This document shows, one piece after another, positions 27,020 through 34,697 of a stretch of DNA of 38,730 nt. How positions within the stretch are numbered: the stretch's first letter is position 1; each line of letters opens with the position of its first letter. The notes beneath the pieces are model-generated. The model made no database searches. It was not told where the DNA came from and worked only from the letters and a program-made list of their open reading frames with translations. A program made the position numbers and the translations under genes. Source of the stretch: a virus (lineage: Duplodnaviria > Caudoviricetes); IMG/VR virus record IMGVR_UViG_3300017653_000202, positions 1 to 38,730 of that record; one strand, given 5' to 3'.

Positions 27020-27244
27020 CTACCGCGAACGCGGCTTGCGGTGGGTCCAGACGCGCTTCACATGACAGCAGGGACATTCAATCTCGGAGGTCCCGGCCTG
27101 AAAGTCGTCGAGCGCTGGAACGTTCCAATACACCCGACCGCCCGCCATCCGGACGCCGAGGTTGTGACGACACCATTCGGTCTGGCACTTGATGAACTCA
27201 AGCCGCTCGATCGGCGGGTGCGAGTCGGCTAGCCTCGCCGCCAT
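27020..27244 (-). CDS. Com-like zinc-ribbon protein
   Basis: IKC(QTEW)CRHNLG...EIECPCC, resembling the Mu Com pattern IRCxxCxKLL...IEIRCPRC. Confidence 0.6.
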   Translation of the reverse strand: MAARLADSHPPIERLEFIKCQTEWCRHNLGVRMAGGRVYWNVPALDDFQAGTSEIECPCCHVKRVWTHRKPRSR

Positions 27245-27267
27245 TTAGCCTCGACCCTTCACACAGA

Positions 27268-27340
27268 CACAAAAGGCCACCGGCCCCCATAAGGGTTTCG
27301 GTGGCCTATCGCCAGCTTGGTTATGGTGGCCGGCTATCCC
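27268..27340 (-). promoter_or_regulatory. Leader element copy 1 with terminator hairpin (attenuator)
   Basis: GGGATA-GCCGGC..GCTGGC-GAT-AGGCCACCG..CGGTGGCCT-TTTGTG. Confidence 0.7.
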
Positions 27341-27350
27341 GGATGCTCCG

Positions 27351-27359
27351 ATGATAGCA
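27351..27359 (-). promoter_or_regulatory. Extended -10 promoter element TGCTATCAT
   Basis: TGnTATCAT places the start site near 27344, just 5' of the leader element. Confidence 0.55.
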
Positions 27360-27409
27360 CGACACGGACGACGCTGGTGGAGGGAATCAGGTCACAATCG
27401 CGTCTCAAT

Positions 27410-27430
27410 ACTGAATACTGGGTATTCAGT
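27410..27430. promoter_or_regulatory. Inverted repeat ACTGAATAC-TGG-GTATTCAGT (operator-like)
   Basis: Perfect 9-bp AT-rich arms in the divergent intergenic region. Confidence 0.6.
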
Positions 27431-27525
27431 CATCCCTCGGATGGCACGGATTGGCCACGGGGTAGTGGTGCGATGATTGCACAGGCCCGCAAGGTCGTGG
27501 TGCTCGACGTTACTGGAGGTGTATC

Positions 27526-27771
27526 GTGCCGATCGTGACCCTACGCTGTCCAGAATGTGGAGCCAGCATGGCGTACCGAGAGTATGGCATGTGTCCCTGT
27601 GGAGCGCTGCTCGTCGATCACTGGCGCGGAATGGAGCGTGGCGTCCCGCTCACGCTGGAGCATGATCGCCGCATCTGGTTCCGCCTCCCTGCGAACGGAT
27701 GGGAACAACTCAGCGACGGCGGGACGATCACGATCGCTGTGGTTGGCAGCAATGTCAAGGTCGTCGTGTGA
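27526..27771 (+). CDS. Zinc-ribbon hypothetical protein (81 aa), counter-oriented
   Basis: GGAGGT RBS; CPECG..CPCG; + strand terminator downstream. Confidence 0.65.
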   Translation: MPIVTLRCPECGASMAYREYGMCPCGALLVDHWRGMERGVPLTLEHDRRIWFRLPANGWEQLSDGGTITIAVVGSNVKVVV

Positions 27772-27850
27772 ACCATCGTTGACATTGACAGTTACCATGG
27801 GGATAGCGCACAGGTGCCAATTCTCGGGGCCCACCTGGTGTCGCAGAATT

Positions 27851-27880
27851 GGCGGGGGGGGAGAGGCCTCCCGCCTTTTT
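27851..27880 (+). terminator. Rho-independent terminator
   Basis: GGCGGGGGG..CCTCCCGCC followed by TTTTT. Confidence 0.7.
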
Positions 27881-28020
27881 CGTTGCTCCGACACACCGCG
27901 CAGCAGTGCCGGCTGCTCACCCTCAGGACCATCGGTGTCGCATCGAACGGTGTGAGGCAGGGCAACACTGGTCACGATCGGTGTTCTGAGCACGGCCCTG
28001 ACCAGCATGCCCGCAGTCAT

Positions 28021-28131
28021 CTATTGTGACTTGCGAAGACGGTAACCGACAACCATGCCAACCGCTCCGCCAAAAACGCCACCCAGCACCGCCGCCCGCA
28101 GCATCGCCAGCAGGAACACTTGCCCGTTCAT
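28021..28131 (-). CDS. Small single-TM peptide (36 aa)
   Basis: ATGA overlap with the upstream gene; MNGQVFLLAMLRAAVLGGVFGGAVGMVVGYRLRKSQ. Confidence 0.5.
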   Translation of the reverse strand: MNGQVFLLAMLRAAVLGGVFGGAVGMVVGYRLRKSQ

Positions 28132-28616
28132 TCGATCACCGGCTTCAGGTAGTGGATCGGCTTGCCGATCGACGTCGCGTACGCGATCTCCTTCCGCGTC
28201 GATTCCCCGATGTAACCCCCGACGTTCAGGACCAGCACCTCGTCAGCTAGGTCGATCTTGCGAAGGTGCAACTCGTCGAGGAGCGTCTTCTGCGCGGATG
28301 TCGTTTCGTTGATGAATCCATCGTCAACATCTGACGTCGTGAATGCCACCGAGAGAACGATCTTTCCTTCTAGGGACATCCGTCGCATCTGCTCCTGGTA
28401 GGCGTCCATGAATCGAGTCGATCCGCAAAGACAAACGATTACTGGTCGGCCCCGACCGAGGCTGGAGTCGGCGAGTTGTAGGAATGCGGCAGCTTCGCCT
28501 GGCCGCATGGTTAAGGTCCCACACAGTGCCCCGGTTGACTCCTGGCCGTCGGCCGCGAAGACATCGATTTCGGTATGTGCTGGGCCGGATTTCACGCGGA
28601 AGCGAAAGTCAACCAT
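28128..28616 (-). CDS. Nucleoside 2-deoxyribosyltransferase-like (DUF4406-type Rossmannoid) protein with N-terminal extension
   Basis: VCLCGSTRF, LDELHLRKIDLADEVLVLNVGGYIGESTRKEIAYA..GKP. Confidence 0.7.
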   Translation of the reverse strand: MVDFRFRVKSGPAHTEIDVFAADGQESTGALCGTLTMRPGEAAAFLQLADSSLGRGRPVIVCLCGSTRFMDAYQEQMRRMSLEGKIVLSVAFTTSDVDDGFINETTSAQKTLLDELHLRKIDLADEVLVLNVGGYIGESTRKEIAYATSIGKPIHYLKPVIE

Positions 28617-28842
28617 CTGCCGGTGTCTCCCCTCGCCAATCGGCCAGGATCGTCTCGACGAGCGCATCCTGGTCGACGTTGATCGCGAACCGCTCGGCAC
28701 CCTGCTCAATCACGATCGCAAGGCACAGCGCCCCTTCCTGTTGATCGTCCATACTTCGGTACATCGTCTCTAGCTGCCGGACCATCAGATCGGCGCGCGC
28801 CAGCCTGAGGACATTCTTCATCGCTGTTGCCGTGTCAACCAC
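28609..28842 (-). CDS. Hypothetical protein
   Basis: GAGAGG RBS; fills the operon gap and overlaps both neighbours. Confidence 0.55.
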   Translation of the reverse strand: MVDTATAMKNVLRLARADLMVRQLETMYRSMDDQQEGALCLAIVIEQGAERFAINVDQDALVETILADWRGETPADG

Positions 28843-29185
28843 GCATGATCCTCTCAATCTCATCCATGTCACTTGGCCGCCATACGTAGACCTCGATCCC
28901 CTCGACCTCCCGCAGCGCTGCCAGCCAGAGCCGCTGGTCAGCATCGAGCCGGCCGCGCTCGGTCTTGCACTCGGCGACGATCAGCCGGCCACGCCCGACG
29001 ATCCAGGTATCAGGAAAACCCTTGTCAGGCATCGCGTCCCAACGCTGTCGCTTCGCTAGCTCGGCCAGCGCCTTGTCCGGGAAGTGGAACACCAGGTAGC
29101 CGAGCCGTTGCGCCATCTCGATGACTGTCCGCTGCAGAACAGCCTCAGTCATGGCCCCATTGAGGATGGCGCGAGCGGAACTCAC
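28835..29185 (-). CDS. VRR-NUC domain nuclease (Holliday junction resolvase-like)
   Basis: MTEAVLQ, GFPD, AECKTERGRL..DQ..W and VWRPSD motifs. Confidence 0.9.
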   Translation of the reverse strand: MSSARAILNGAMTEAVLQRTVIEMAQRLGYLVFHFPDKALAELAKRQRWDAMPDKGFPDTWIVGRGRLIVAECKTERGRLDADQRLWLAALREVEGIEVYVWRPSDMDEIERIMRG

Positions 29186-29268
29186 AGGTACGTCCCGATC
29201 GTCACGGCGACGCTGGCGATCACTGCGTAGACCAGGATCAGGAACATCAGCACGCTACGACCGCTCAC
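29182..29268 (-). CDS. Small single-TM peptide (28 aa)
   Basis: GTGA overlaps at both ends; MSGRSVLMFLILVYAVIASVAVTIGTYL. Confidence 0.5.
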   Translation of the reverse strand: MSGRSVLMFLILVYAVIASVAVTIGTYL

Positions 29269-29870
29269 GCCCCCACCGCCGCCCGCTGTGCCTGCCGGAC
29301 CAGCAGCGCGATCATGTGCCGAACGTCATCGCGGATCTCGGCCGGGATCGCTCGGTTCTGGAGCAACCCCAGCACGTCACCCAGCACCGGCTCGCTAGCC
29401 AGCAGGTTCTCGATCCGCCCCGGCATGAAGCCAGCCGACGCCAGCAACGCATCACGATCGGCGTCATCCAGGACCATCGCCTCGGCGAGCTTCATCACCG
29501 CCTCCCGCGTCGGCATCCTGGTCCCGGTCTCCAGCCGTGAGACATACGAGTGATCGAACCCGGCCGCTTCAGCCAGCCGTGACTGCGAGAGCCGCCGCCG
29601 ATCCCGGTACTCCCGCAGTACCGGTGCGAAGAGCGACTCCCGCACTGGTCGCTCTGCCTGTGGTTCCGGTACCCGCCTGACTCGCTCGATCGGAGGCTGC
29701 ACGACCGTCATCCCAGAGATCGGCCGGTCGAGCTGGATCCAGACGGCGTCGTTCCGGTCGATCCGACCCATCGGCGGCGCAATCACCGTCCCGAGTCGAT
29801 CCTCGACGACCGTCCCCTGCGCCAGCATCACGACACGTTCGCCAGCAGAGAACCCGTTGGATGTGCTCAC
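29265..29870 (-). CDS. XRE-family HTH regulator with N-terminal SH3-like extension
   Basis: LREYRDRRRLSQSRLAEAAGFDHSYVSRLETGTRMP. Confidence 0.85.
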   Translation of the reverse strand: MSTSNGFSAGERVVMLAQGTVVEDRLGTVIAPPMGRIDRNDAVWIQLDRPISGMTVVQPPIERVRRVPEPQAERPVRESLFAPVLREYRDRRRLSQSRLAEAAGFDHSYVSRLETGTRMPTREAVMKLAEAMVLDDADRDALLASAGFMPGRIENLLASEPVLGDVLGLLQNRAIPAEIRDDVRHMIALLVRQAQRAAVGA

Positions 29871-30370
29871 GACCGACCTCCTGATGACAACGCGCGAACG
29901 TTCGACAGCCCTGGCAGCATTGGCGGCAGGTCTCCGTGCTCATACACGGCCGCGATCTGCGGGACCGCATATTCGCCGTAGGTCTGGCCGGTGCCGGGAA
30001 TCACGATCTGCGGCAGGAACGCCTCTTCAAACGACTCAACCCCGCTTTCGACCGACTCCAACTTCGCTTTGATCACCAGCAGCAGCGATCGCCACAGCCG
30101 GCGGCATTCCTGGTCATAGGCATTGGTCCAAGCTGAATGCGACCGCTGCCGTCCGCGCGCGTCGACGGCGAACCGCTCGTCGTCGAGGTTTGGCAGGCTC
30201 AGTCGGAACATGACGCGTCGGCCGGTCATCTCAAACTGAATGACCGCCAGCCGTGCATCCTCGTCATAGCCGGACGCGAACTTGCGGGCACCGTACCGCT
30301 GGATCAGCCCCTGAATCTCCGCTTGAGATCGTTCGATCGGGACCGTCGTGTTTTCCGCGTACCTAGCCAT
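29867..30370 (-). CDS. Conserved phage hypothetical protein
   Basis: YAENTTVPIERSQAEI and WRSLLLVIKAKLESVESGVESFEEAFL motifs. Confidence 0.8.
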   Translation of the reverse strand: MARYAENTTVPIERSQAEIQGLIQRYGARKFASGYDEDARLAVIQFEMTGRRVMFRLSLPNLDDERFAVDARGRQRSHSAWTNAYDQECRRLWRSLLLVIKAKLESVESGVESFEEAFLPQIVIPGTGQTYGEYAVPQIAAVYEHGDLPPMLPGLSNVRALSSGGRS

Positions 30371-31055
30371 CAGCGGATGCTCCATTCACAGGGTTGTAAT
30401 GACTTTGTGACAACGTGCGACTTGGCTGTCGCGCATCCTGCGGTAGTCTCAAGGCATGGACATCCTGGTCAGCTGTCCCACGTGCGGACGCATCCGATCC
30501 AAGTACGAGCGCCACTGCCCCATCTGCGAGCCCCAACGCGCTCAGGTCTCCGCTGCCGCCGCTCGGCAACGCGGCGAGATCCTCTACGGCCTCGTCCCGA
30601 GTTGGCGTCGCTCGCTGCGGGAGTTGCTGCAGCACATCGTCCGGCGGAACCCAGAGCCCGAGATGCCCCCGACACTGGATCGGTTCGTTGAGCCGTCGGG
30701 CATCACTGAGGAACCACGCGAACCGGTTCGGCCCAAAGTTCCCGAACGCCAGTTCCCGCACGTCGTCCCGGATCCTCGTGACCGCAAGACCGGTTGAGAT
30801 ACAGTCCTGTAACTCACAGACGGCGACGATCGCGCCGAGTGGCAGCAGTTCCTGCTCGTGCCGCCGGTACTCGCCGCTCAGGCACGCGAAGAACGGCTCT
30901 TCGAAGCACAGTTCTCGGCAGTCCTTCGGGAACCCCTTCGCCGCGTGGATCAGCAGCGGTCCCCGGTACGACGTCGACCACGAGCGCGTCTCGATCCGCT
31001 TGACACCGATCGCAACGAGGGAGGCCCACGGCTGGGTGAGCGTCAGTGCCTTCAT
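30363..31055 (-). CDS. ASCH domain protein
   Basis: MKALTLTQPWASLV..GVKRIETRSW..YRGPLLIHAAK..RGHLGLW; ATGA overlap with the parB stop. Confidence 0.9.
   Translation of the reverse strand: MKALTLTQPWASLVAIGVKRIETRSWSTSYRGPLLIHAAKGFPKDCRELCFEEPFFACLSGEYRRHEQELLPLGAIVAVCELQDCISTGLAVTRIRDDVRELAFGNFGPNRFAWFLSDARRLNEPIQCRGHLGLWVPPDDVLQQLPQRATPTRDEAVEDLAALPSGGSGDLSALGLADGAVALVLGSDASARGTADQDVHALRLPQDARQPSRTLSQSHYNPVNGASADG
30456..30797 (+). CDS. Possible antisense zinc-ribbon protein overlapping the ASCH gene 3' part
   Basis: CPTCG-x8-CPIC; TTGGCT-16-TAGTCT ends 6 nt before the ATG (leaderless-type). Confidence 0.4.
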   Translation: MDILVSCPTCGRIRSKYERHCPICEPQRAQVSAAAARQRGEILYGLVPSWRRSLRELLQHIVRRNPEPEMPPTLDRFVEPSGITEEPREPVRPKVPERQFPHVVPDPRDRKTG

Positions 31056-32635
31056 GCGGCACTCTCCTGGTTCTCCTCGACCACCTCGCCGCAGGCGGCG
31101 CAGGCGAGCAACTCCCGGCCGTTGATCTCGACCGGCACCCCTTCGGCCGCGAACGTCGGCTCCTGGCAGAGCGCGCAGGCGACCATCGCGCTTGGTGCGG
31201 ACTCGATCGGCGCGCCGTTCAGGTACCAGCCAGCGGCACCTTCGTCTTCGTCGCCCCACTCACGGTAGGCCATGTGAATCGCATCACCCAGTGTGGTCTC
31301 CAGAGCGAACCGGACCAACGCCGTCATTCCGGCCGAACTGAGCCACTCCGCGAGCTCGTGTTCCGCGCCCCGCTTGAGCAGCTTCCCGAGTGCCTTCTCC
31401 GAGAGTGGCTCGCCGAGGTGGCGCGTCGCCGATCGCAGGACGTCGAGGTTCAGGTAGCGCAACCTGGCGGCGACGATCGGGACCAGTTCGCGTGTCGTCA
31501 CCTCTCCGAGCCCGTCGATGGCTGCTCGTACCACGGCGGACCGCTCGCCGAGCTTCGCGGCCTTCGCGGCCTTCTTCGCTTCTCGCTCTTCCCCCTGCAG
31601 CTTGAGCTGGCGTTGCCAGTCGGTGCAGCACTCGACGATCACGCCGTCGCGGTTGACCGCCTGCACCCGGCACGGACAGGCAGCCGTGCACCCGGCCGGT
31701 GCCGGCGTGTACTGCCCGATCGGACTCGCGCCACGAAGATCCTGGAGCCGCGGAACCCCGGCCTCGATCGCCGCCTGCGCCCGCGCGTTCGTCGCCGCGT
31801 CCTTTGCCCGCTCGGCTGCCCTGGCCGCGTCCTGGAGTTCCTGCCAGTGGGCCGGGTTGAGACACATCTCCTGCCCGTACTCGCCTTGCTTGCGAGCGTT
31901 GAACGGGCATTGCTGACAGACCGACTGATCGAAGATGGCCCGATACTGCCCGAGTGGCCGGCCGAGGTCGTCCGGCAGGTTCGTCGACGGCTTCCAGTTC
32001 TCTAGCGTCTTCGACGACCAGCCCTCATCGACCACCTTGCCGGCGAGCCAGATCATCACGCCGGGGAACGCGCGCCACTTCAACAGCGCCAACCCGTGAC
32101 TGACGCTTAGGGTGCGCGCGCTGATCTGCGCCCGGATCTCCTCCGGCAGATCGAGCAGCCGCATCGAGTTGGCGATCGCTGGCTGACTCCGGTTGACGTC
32201 GGCCGCGATCTGCTTCTGGGTTAGCCCGACCTCGGCGTTGAGCCGCTGGTAGCCTCGGGCCTCCTCGATCGGATCGAGATCCTGTCGGATCAGGTTCTCG
32301 ATCAGCGCCAGGCGCAAGTGATCAGCGTCGGTGAGGTCCGGGCGGATGATGGCCGGGATGGTCGTGAGGCCAGCAAGCTGTGCCGCCCGCCAGCGACGCT
32401 CGCCGGCGACGATGATGTACGGCACCGGCTCGCTGCGCAGTGCCCAGTCATCGACCGATGGACGAACGACGATCGGCTGCATGACGCCGTGCTGCCGGAT
32501 GCTTTCGGCCAGCTCGGTGATCGCCTCCTCGTCGAAGTGCGTGCGGGGGTTGAGGTCAGATCGGTGAATCAGGTCGATCGGGATGTCGTCGAGGTAGGTC
32601 GCAGTATTTCGCGCGGAATGTTCAATCGCGATCAT
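31052..32635 (-). CDS. parB: ParB/Spo0J-family CTPase with HTH and Cys-rich C-terminal extension
   Basis: NPRTHF, LAESIRQHGVMQPIVVRP, AGERRWRA, ENLIRQDL and HTH TQKQIA..RSQPAIANSMRLL; start at ATG 32635 (ATGA overlap). Confidence 0.92.
   Translation of the reverse strand: MIAIEHSARNTATYLDDIPIDLIHRSDLNPRTHFDEEAITELAESIRQHGVMQPIVVRPSVDDWALRSEPVPYIIVAGERRWRAAQLAGLTTIPAIIRPDLTDADHLRLALIENLIRQDLDPIEEARGYQRLNAEVGLTQKQIAADVNRSQPAIANSMRLLDLPEEIRAQISARTLSVSHGLALLKWRAFPGVMIWLAGKVVDEGWSSKTLENWKPSTNLPDDLGRPLGQYRAIFDQSVCQQCPFNARKQGEYGQEMCLNPAHWQELQDAARAAERAKDAATNARAQAAIEAGVPRLQDLRGASPIGQYTPAPAGCTAACPCRVQAVNRDGVIVECCTDWQRQLKLQGEEREAKKAAKAAKLGERSAVVRAAIDGLGEVTTRELVPIVAARLRYLNLDVLRSATRHLGEPLSEKALGKLLKRGAEHELAEWLSSAGMTALVRFALETTLGDAIHMAYREWGDEDEGAAGWYLNGAPIESAPSAMVACALCQEPTFAAEGVPVEINGRELLACAACGEVVEENQESAA
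32606..32619. promoter_or_regulatory. Palindrome ATTTCGCGCGGAAT, parS/NBS-like site 4, in parB codons 6-10
   Basis: Identical to site 2. Confidence 0.7.
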
Positions 32636-33012
32636 GGCAGGTACTCCATTCGACGCTGGCAGGCCCGGCAGGTCACGTCGCTGGGGTGGCCGGCCGGGTT
32701 GAACAGGGTGGCCCAGTTGGGGTGATTGACGCGGAAGCCAGCCACCCAGGCGGATCCGCAGACGGTGTAGTCGCCGGAGACGGCGTGGACGGTGCCGGTC
32801 GAAGGGTAGGTAAACGTCACGACGGAGGTGGCCGTCTCCCGCGCTACGAAGAGACGTGCCTGGATCTCGTGATAGTCGCAGCCGTCCAGCGCGGCCTGGA
32901 GGACGATGCGGTCGATCTGCTCGGGCGACAGCGGGTCGTCGCTGTGTCGCCGGCGGTGTGAGATCTCTCGATTCGCCCGATGCCCGCCGCGCTGCGCCGT
33001 CGTGTCCGTCAT
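32632..33012 (-). CDS. Hypothetical protein with H/C metal-binding motif
   Basis: TVHAV..TVCG..VTCRAC; ATGA overlaps on both sides. Confidence 0.7.
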   Translation of the reverse strand: MTDTTAQRGGHRANREISHRRRHSDDPLSPEQIDRIVLQAALDGCDYHEIQARLFVARETATSVVTFTYPSTGTVHAVSGDYTVCGSAWVAGFRVNHPNWATLFNPAGHPSDVTCRACQRRMEYLP

Positions 33013-33602
33013 CCCCGGTCCTCCGGCTCGATCCAGTCGACCCCAATTGCCTCGAAGAGCGACTCCTCGGTTGGCGTCGGGACTATCCGCTGTCCGAGCC
33101 AGAGGTGACTCGGCCTTTCGGGATCGGCACCCTCCTTGCCGACCCAGTAGCCGAACGGCAGCAGCCCACCAGCAGCGGTGCGCGTCACGAGGCGTTTCGA
33201 GAACTCGGCCGGGCCGGTTCGGAGCGCCAGTTGCAGCCCCCAGTTGTCCGGTGTAGCCGTAAAGAGATCGACCGGCACGTCGCGAAACAGCATCCGCTTG
33301 TACCGCTTGCCGATCGCCTGTCGGCCGGTGACGTCGAGCCGCGGCTGGAAGTGACCAGTCTTGAGCCAGGCGCGCATCAACTTGTCGAGCAGATCCTGCT
33401 CGCCGATGACGTCACCGAAGAGGTCCAGGAGCGGTACGGTCTTAGCGATCACCAGCAGCTCGATGTCTTTGACCAGGGGTCTGCGCCGTCGAACGCTGCC
33501 GGCGACGATGGTGATTTCGCTTCCTGGAGAGATCAACTCGACCAGATCGGCAGCGATCGCTTCGGCGTGGGCGAGCGGGATCCGTGTCTCAGTCGCGCTC
33601 AC
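33009..33602 (-). CDS. Minimal family-X DNA polymerase / Pol beta-like nucleotidyltransferase
   Basis: AGSVRR, KDIELLV, VDLF, WGLQLALRTGPAEF and TEESLFEAIGVDWIEPEDR motifs. Confidence 0.88.
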   Translation of the reverse strand: MSATETRIPLAHAEAIAADLVELISPGSEITIVAGSVRRRRPLVKDIELLVIAKTVPLLDLFGDVIGEQDLLDKLMRAWLKTGHFQPRLDVTGRQAIGKRYKRMLFRDVPVDLFTATPDNWGLQLALRTGPAEFSKRLVTRTAAGGLLPFGYWVGKEGADPERPSHLWLGQRIVPTPTEESLFEAIGVDWIEPEDRG

Positions 33603-34231
33603 TGCTGGAACCCTTCGAAGAGCGGCATCTGCTTGGCCGACTTTCGTGGCGCAACACCCGGCGCCCAGATGCCGTAGTCCTCCAGCTCCAGCTCGAAGCC
33701 CTCGAAGTCGTGCGGCCAGATCAGCGGCGTGTAGGTCTCGTCGTGGACGCCGGCGTGCAGCAACTCGTGGTGGACCGCTGCTTCGATCTGCCGGTACGTG
33801 AAGCGGGCATCGCGGCAGGTGTCAGCTGCCAAACCGATCACGAAGGCGACGTTGGCGTAGTAGGCGATCAGGTCGCTCCCCAGCCGGCAGAAGCCCCGTT
33901 GATAGACCCCCTTCGCCTTGGCGCCCTTGCGCTTCCAGACGTAGTCGATCTTGAACTGCCGCAGGTGGCTGAAGCGCGAGCGCTCGGCGATCAGGCGGCT
34001 TGCGATATCGGCCAGATCCGCGGCCGGGAGATATGCCGCGCCCTCGAAGGTCTCGTCGGACGGCACCGGGTAGGGGCGCTGATCAGCGTCGGCCGGCCAG
34101 CCATGCAACTCCTCGAATGTCTCGTCGGCGACCTCGATCGCCGTCGTCGGGACCAGGTGGTACTCGGCATCGATGACGGCCAGGCTGGATGAGTCGTGGC
34201 CGTTCTCGCTGATGGATTCTTCGGTCATCAT
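33599..34231 (-). CDS. Putative phage metallopeptidase
   Basis: HHELLH (HExxH) and PHDFEGF..YG motifs. Confidence 0.8.
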   Translation of the reverse strand: MMTEESISENGHDSSSLAVIDAEYHLVPTTAIEVADETFEELHGWPADADQRPYPVPSDETFEGAAYLPAADLADIASRLIAERSRFSHLRQFKIDYVWKRKGAKAKGVYQRGFCRLGSDLIAYYANVAFVIGLAADTCRDARFTYRQIEAAVHHELLHAGVHDETYTPLIWPHDFEGFELELEDYGIWAPGVAPRKSAKQMPLFEGFQQ

Positions 34232-34259
34232 CGTGTTGCTCCAGTTCGACGTGGATCGG

Positions 34260-34697
34260 TTACGGCGTGAGGGCGATGGCCCGAGCGTCGTCGCGCCAGA
34301 CGGCATCGCGGTAGCGCGAGATCAGCTCAAGTTCGCGTTGCGGGTCCAGCTCGTACAGGTGCCGCCCGGTCGCGCTCAGGACTGGCTTGCCGTTGTCGTA
34401 GCGGGGGATCATGCAGTCGCACGGCCGGTACGGGGTCTGGATTCGGTCCTCGTGGCGGTGCTTCGCGATCAACCGTGCCCCGCGACACATCGGGCAGACC
34501 ATCCCCAGCCCGTCGCAGGTCGTGCAGTCCGTCGTCTGGCCGGGATGGTTCCGGCAACTGGGACAGATCGTCCGGTCGGTCGGCATGCCGTTCGCGTCCT
34601 GGCTCACCATCGTCGGTGTCGCCGAGGAGACCTGCCGCCGCAAATGCCTCACGGCGTCGGGCTGCAGTTTCTGCATGGCTACGCTGATGTGTTCCAT
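34260..34697 (-). CDS. Cys-rich zinc-finger protein (resembles helicase-loader N-terminal Zn module, no ATPase)
   Basis: GAGAGG RBS; CPSC, CTTC, CPMC and PCDC. Confidence 0.65.
   Translation of the reverse strand: MEHISVAMQKLQPDAVRHLRRQVSSATPTMVSQDANGMPTDRTICPSCRNHPGQTTDCTTCDGLGMVCPMCRGARLIAKHRHEDRIQTPYRPCDCMIPRYDNGKPVLSATGRHLYELDPQRELELISRYRDAVWRDDARAIALTP

Noticed and set aside
27854-27861. G8 tract as a phase-variation site
   Set aside because: It forms the 5' arm of a terminator stem and is not in a credible CDS or promoter spacer.
27541-28020. 159-aa minus-strand ORF
   Set aside because: Overlaps the better-supported + gene and terminator; no motifs. A short real N-terminal part cannot be excluded.
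31052-33046. 664-aa ParB as given in the ORF track
   Set aside because: The first 137 codons overlap the real 32632-33012 gene; ATG 32635 with an ATGA overlap is the better start.
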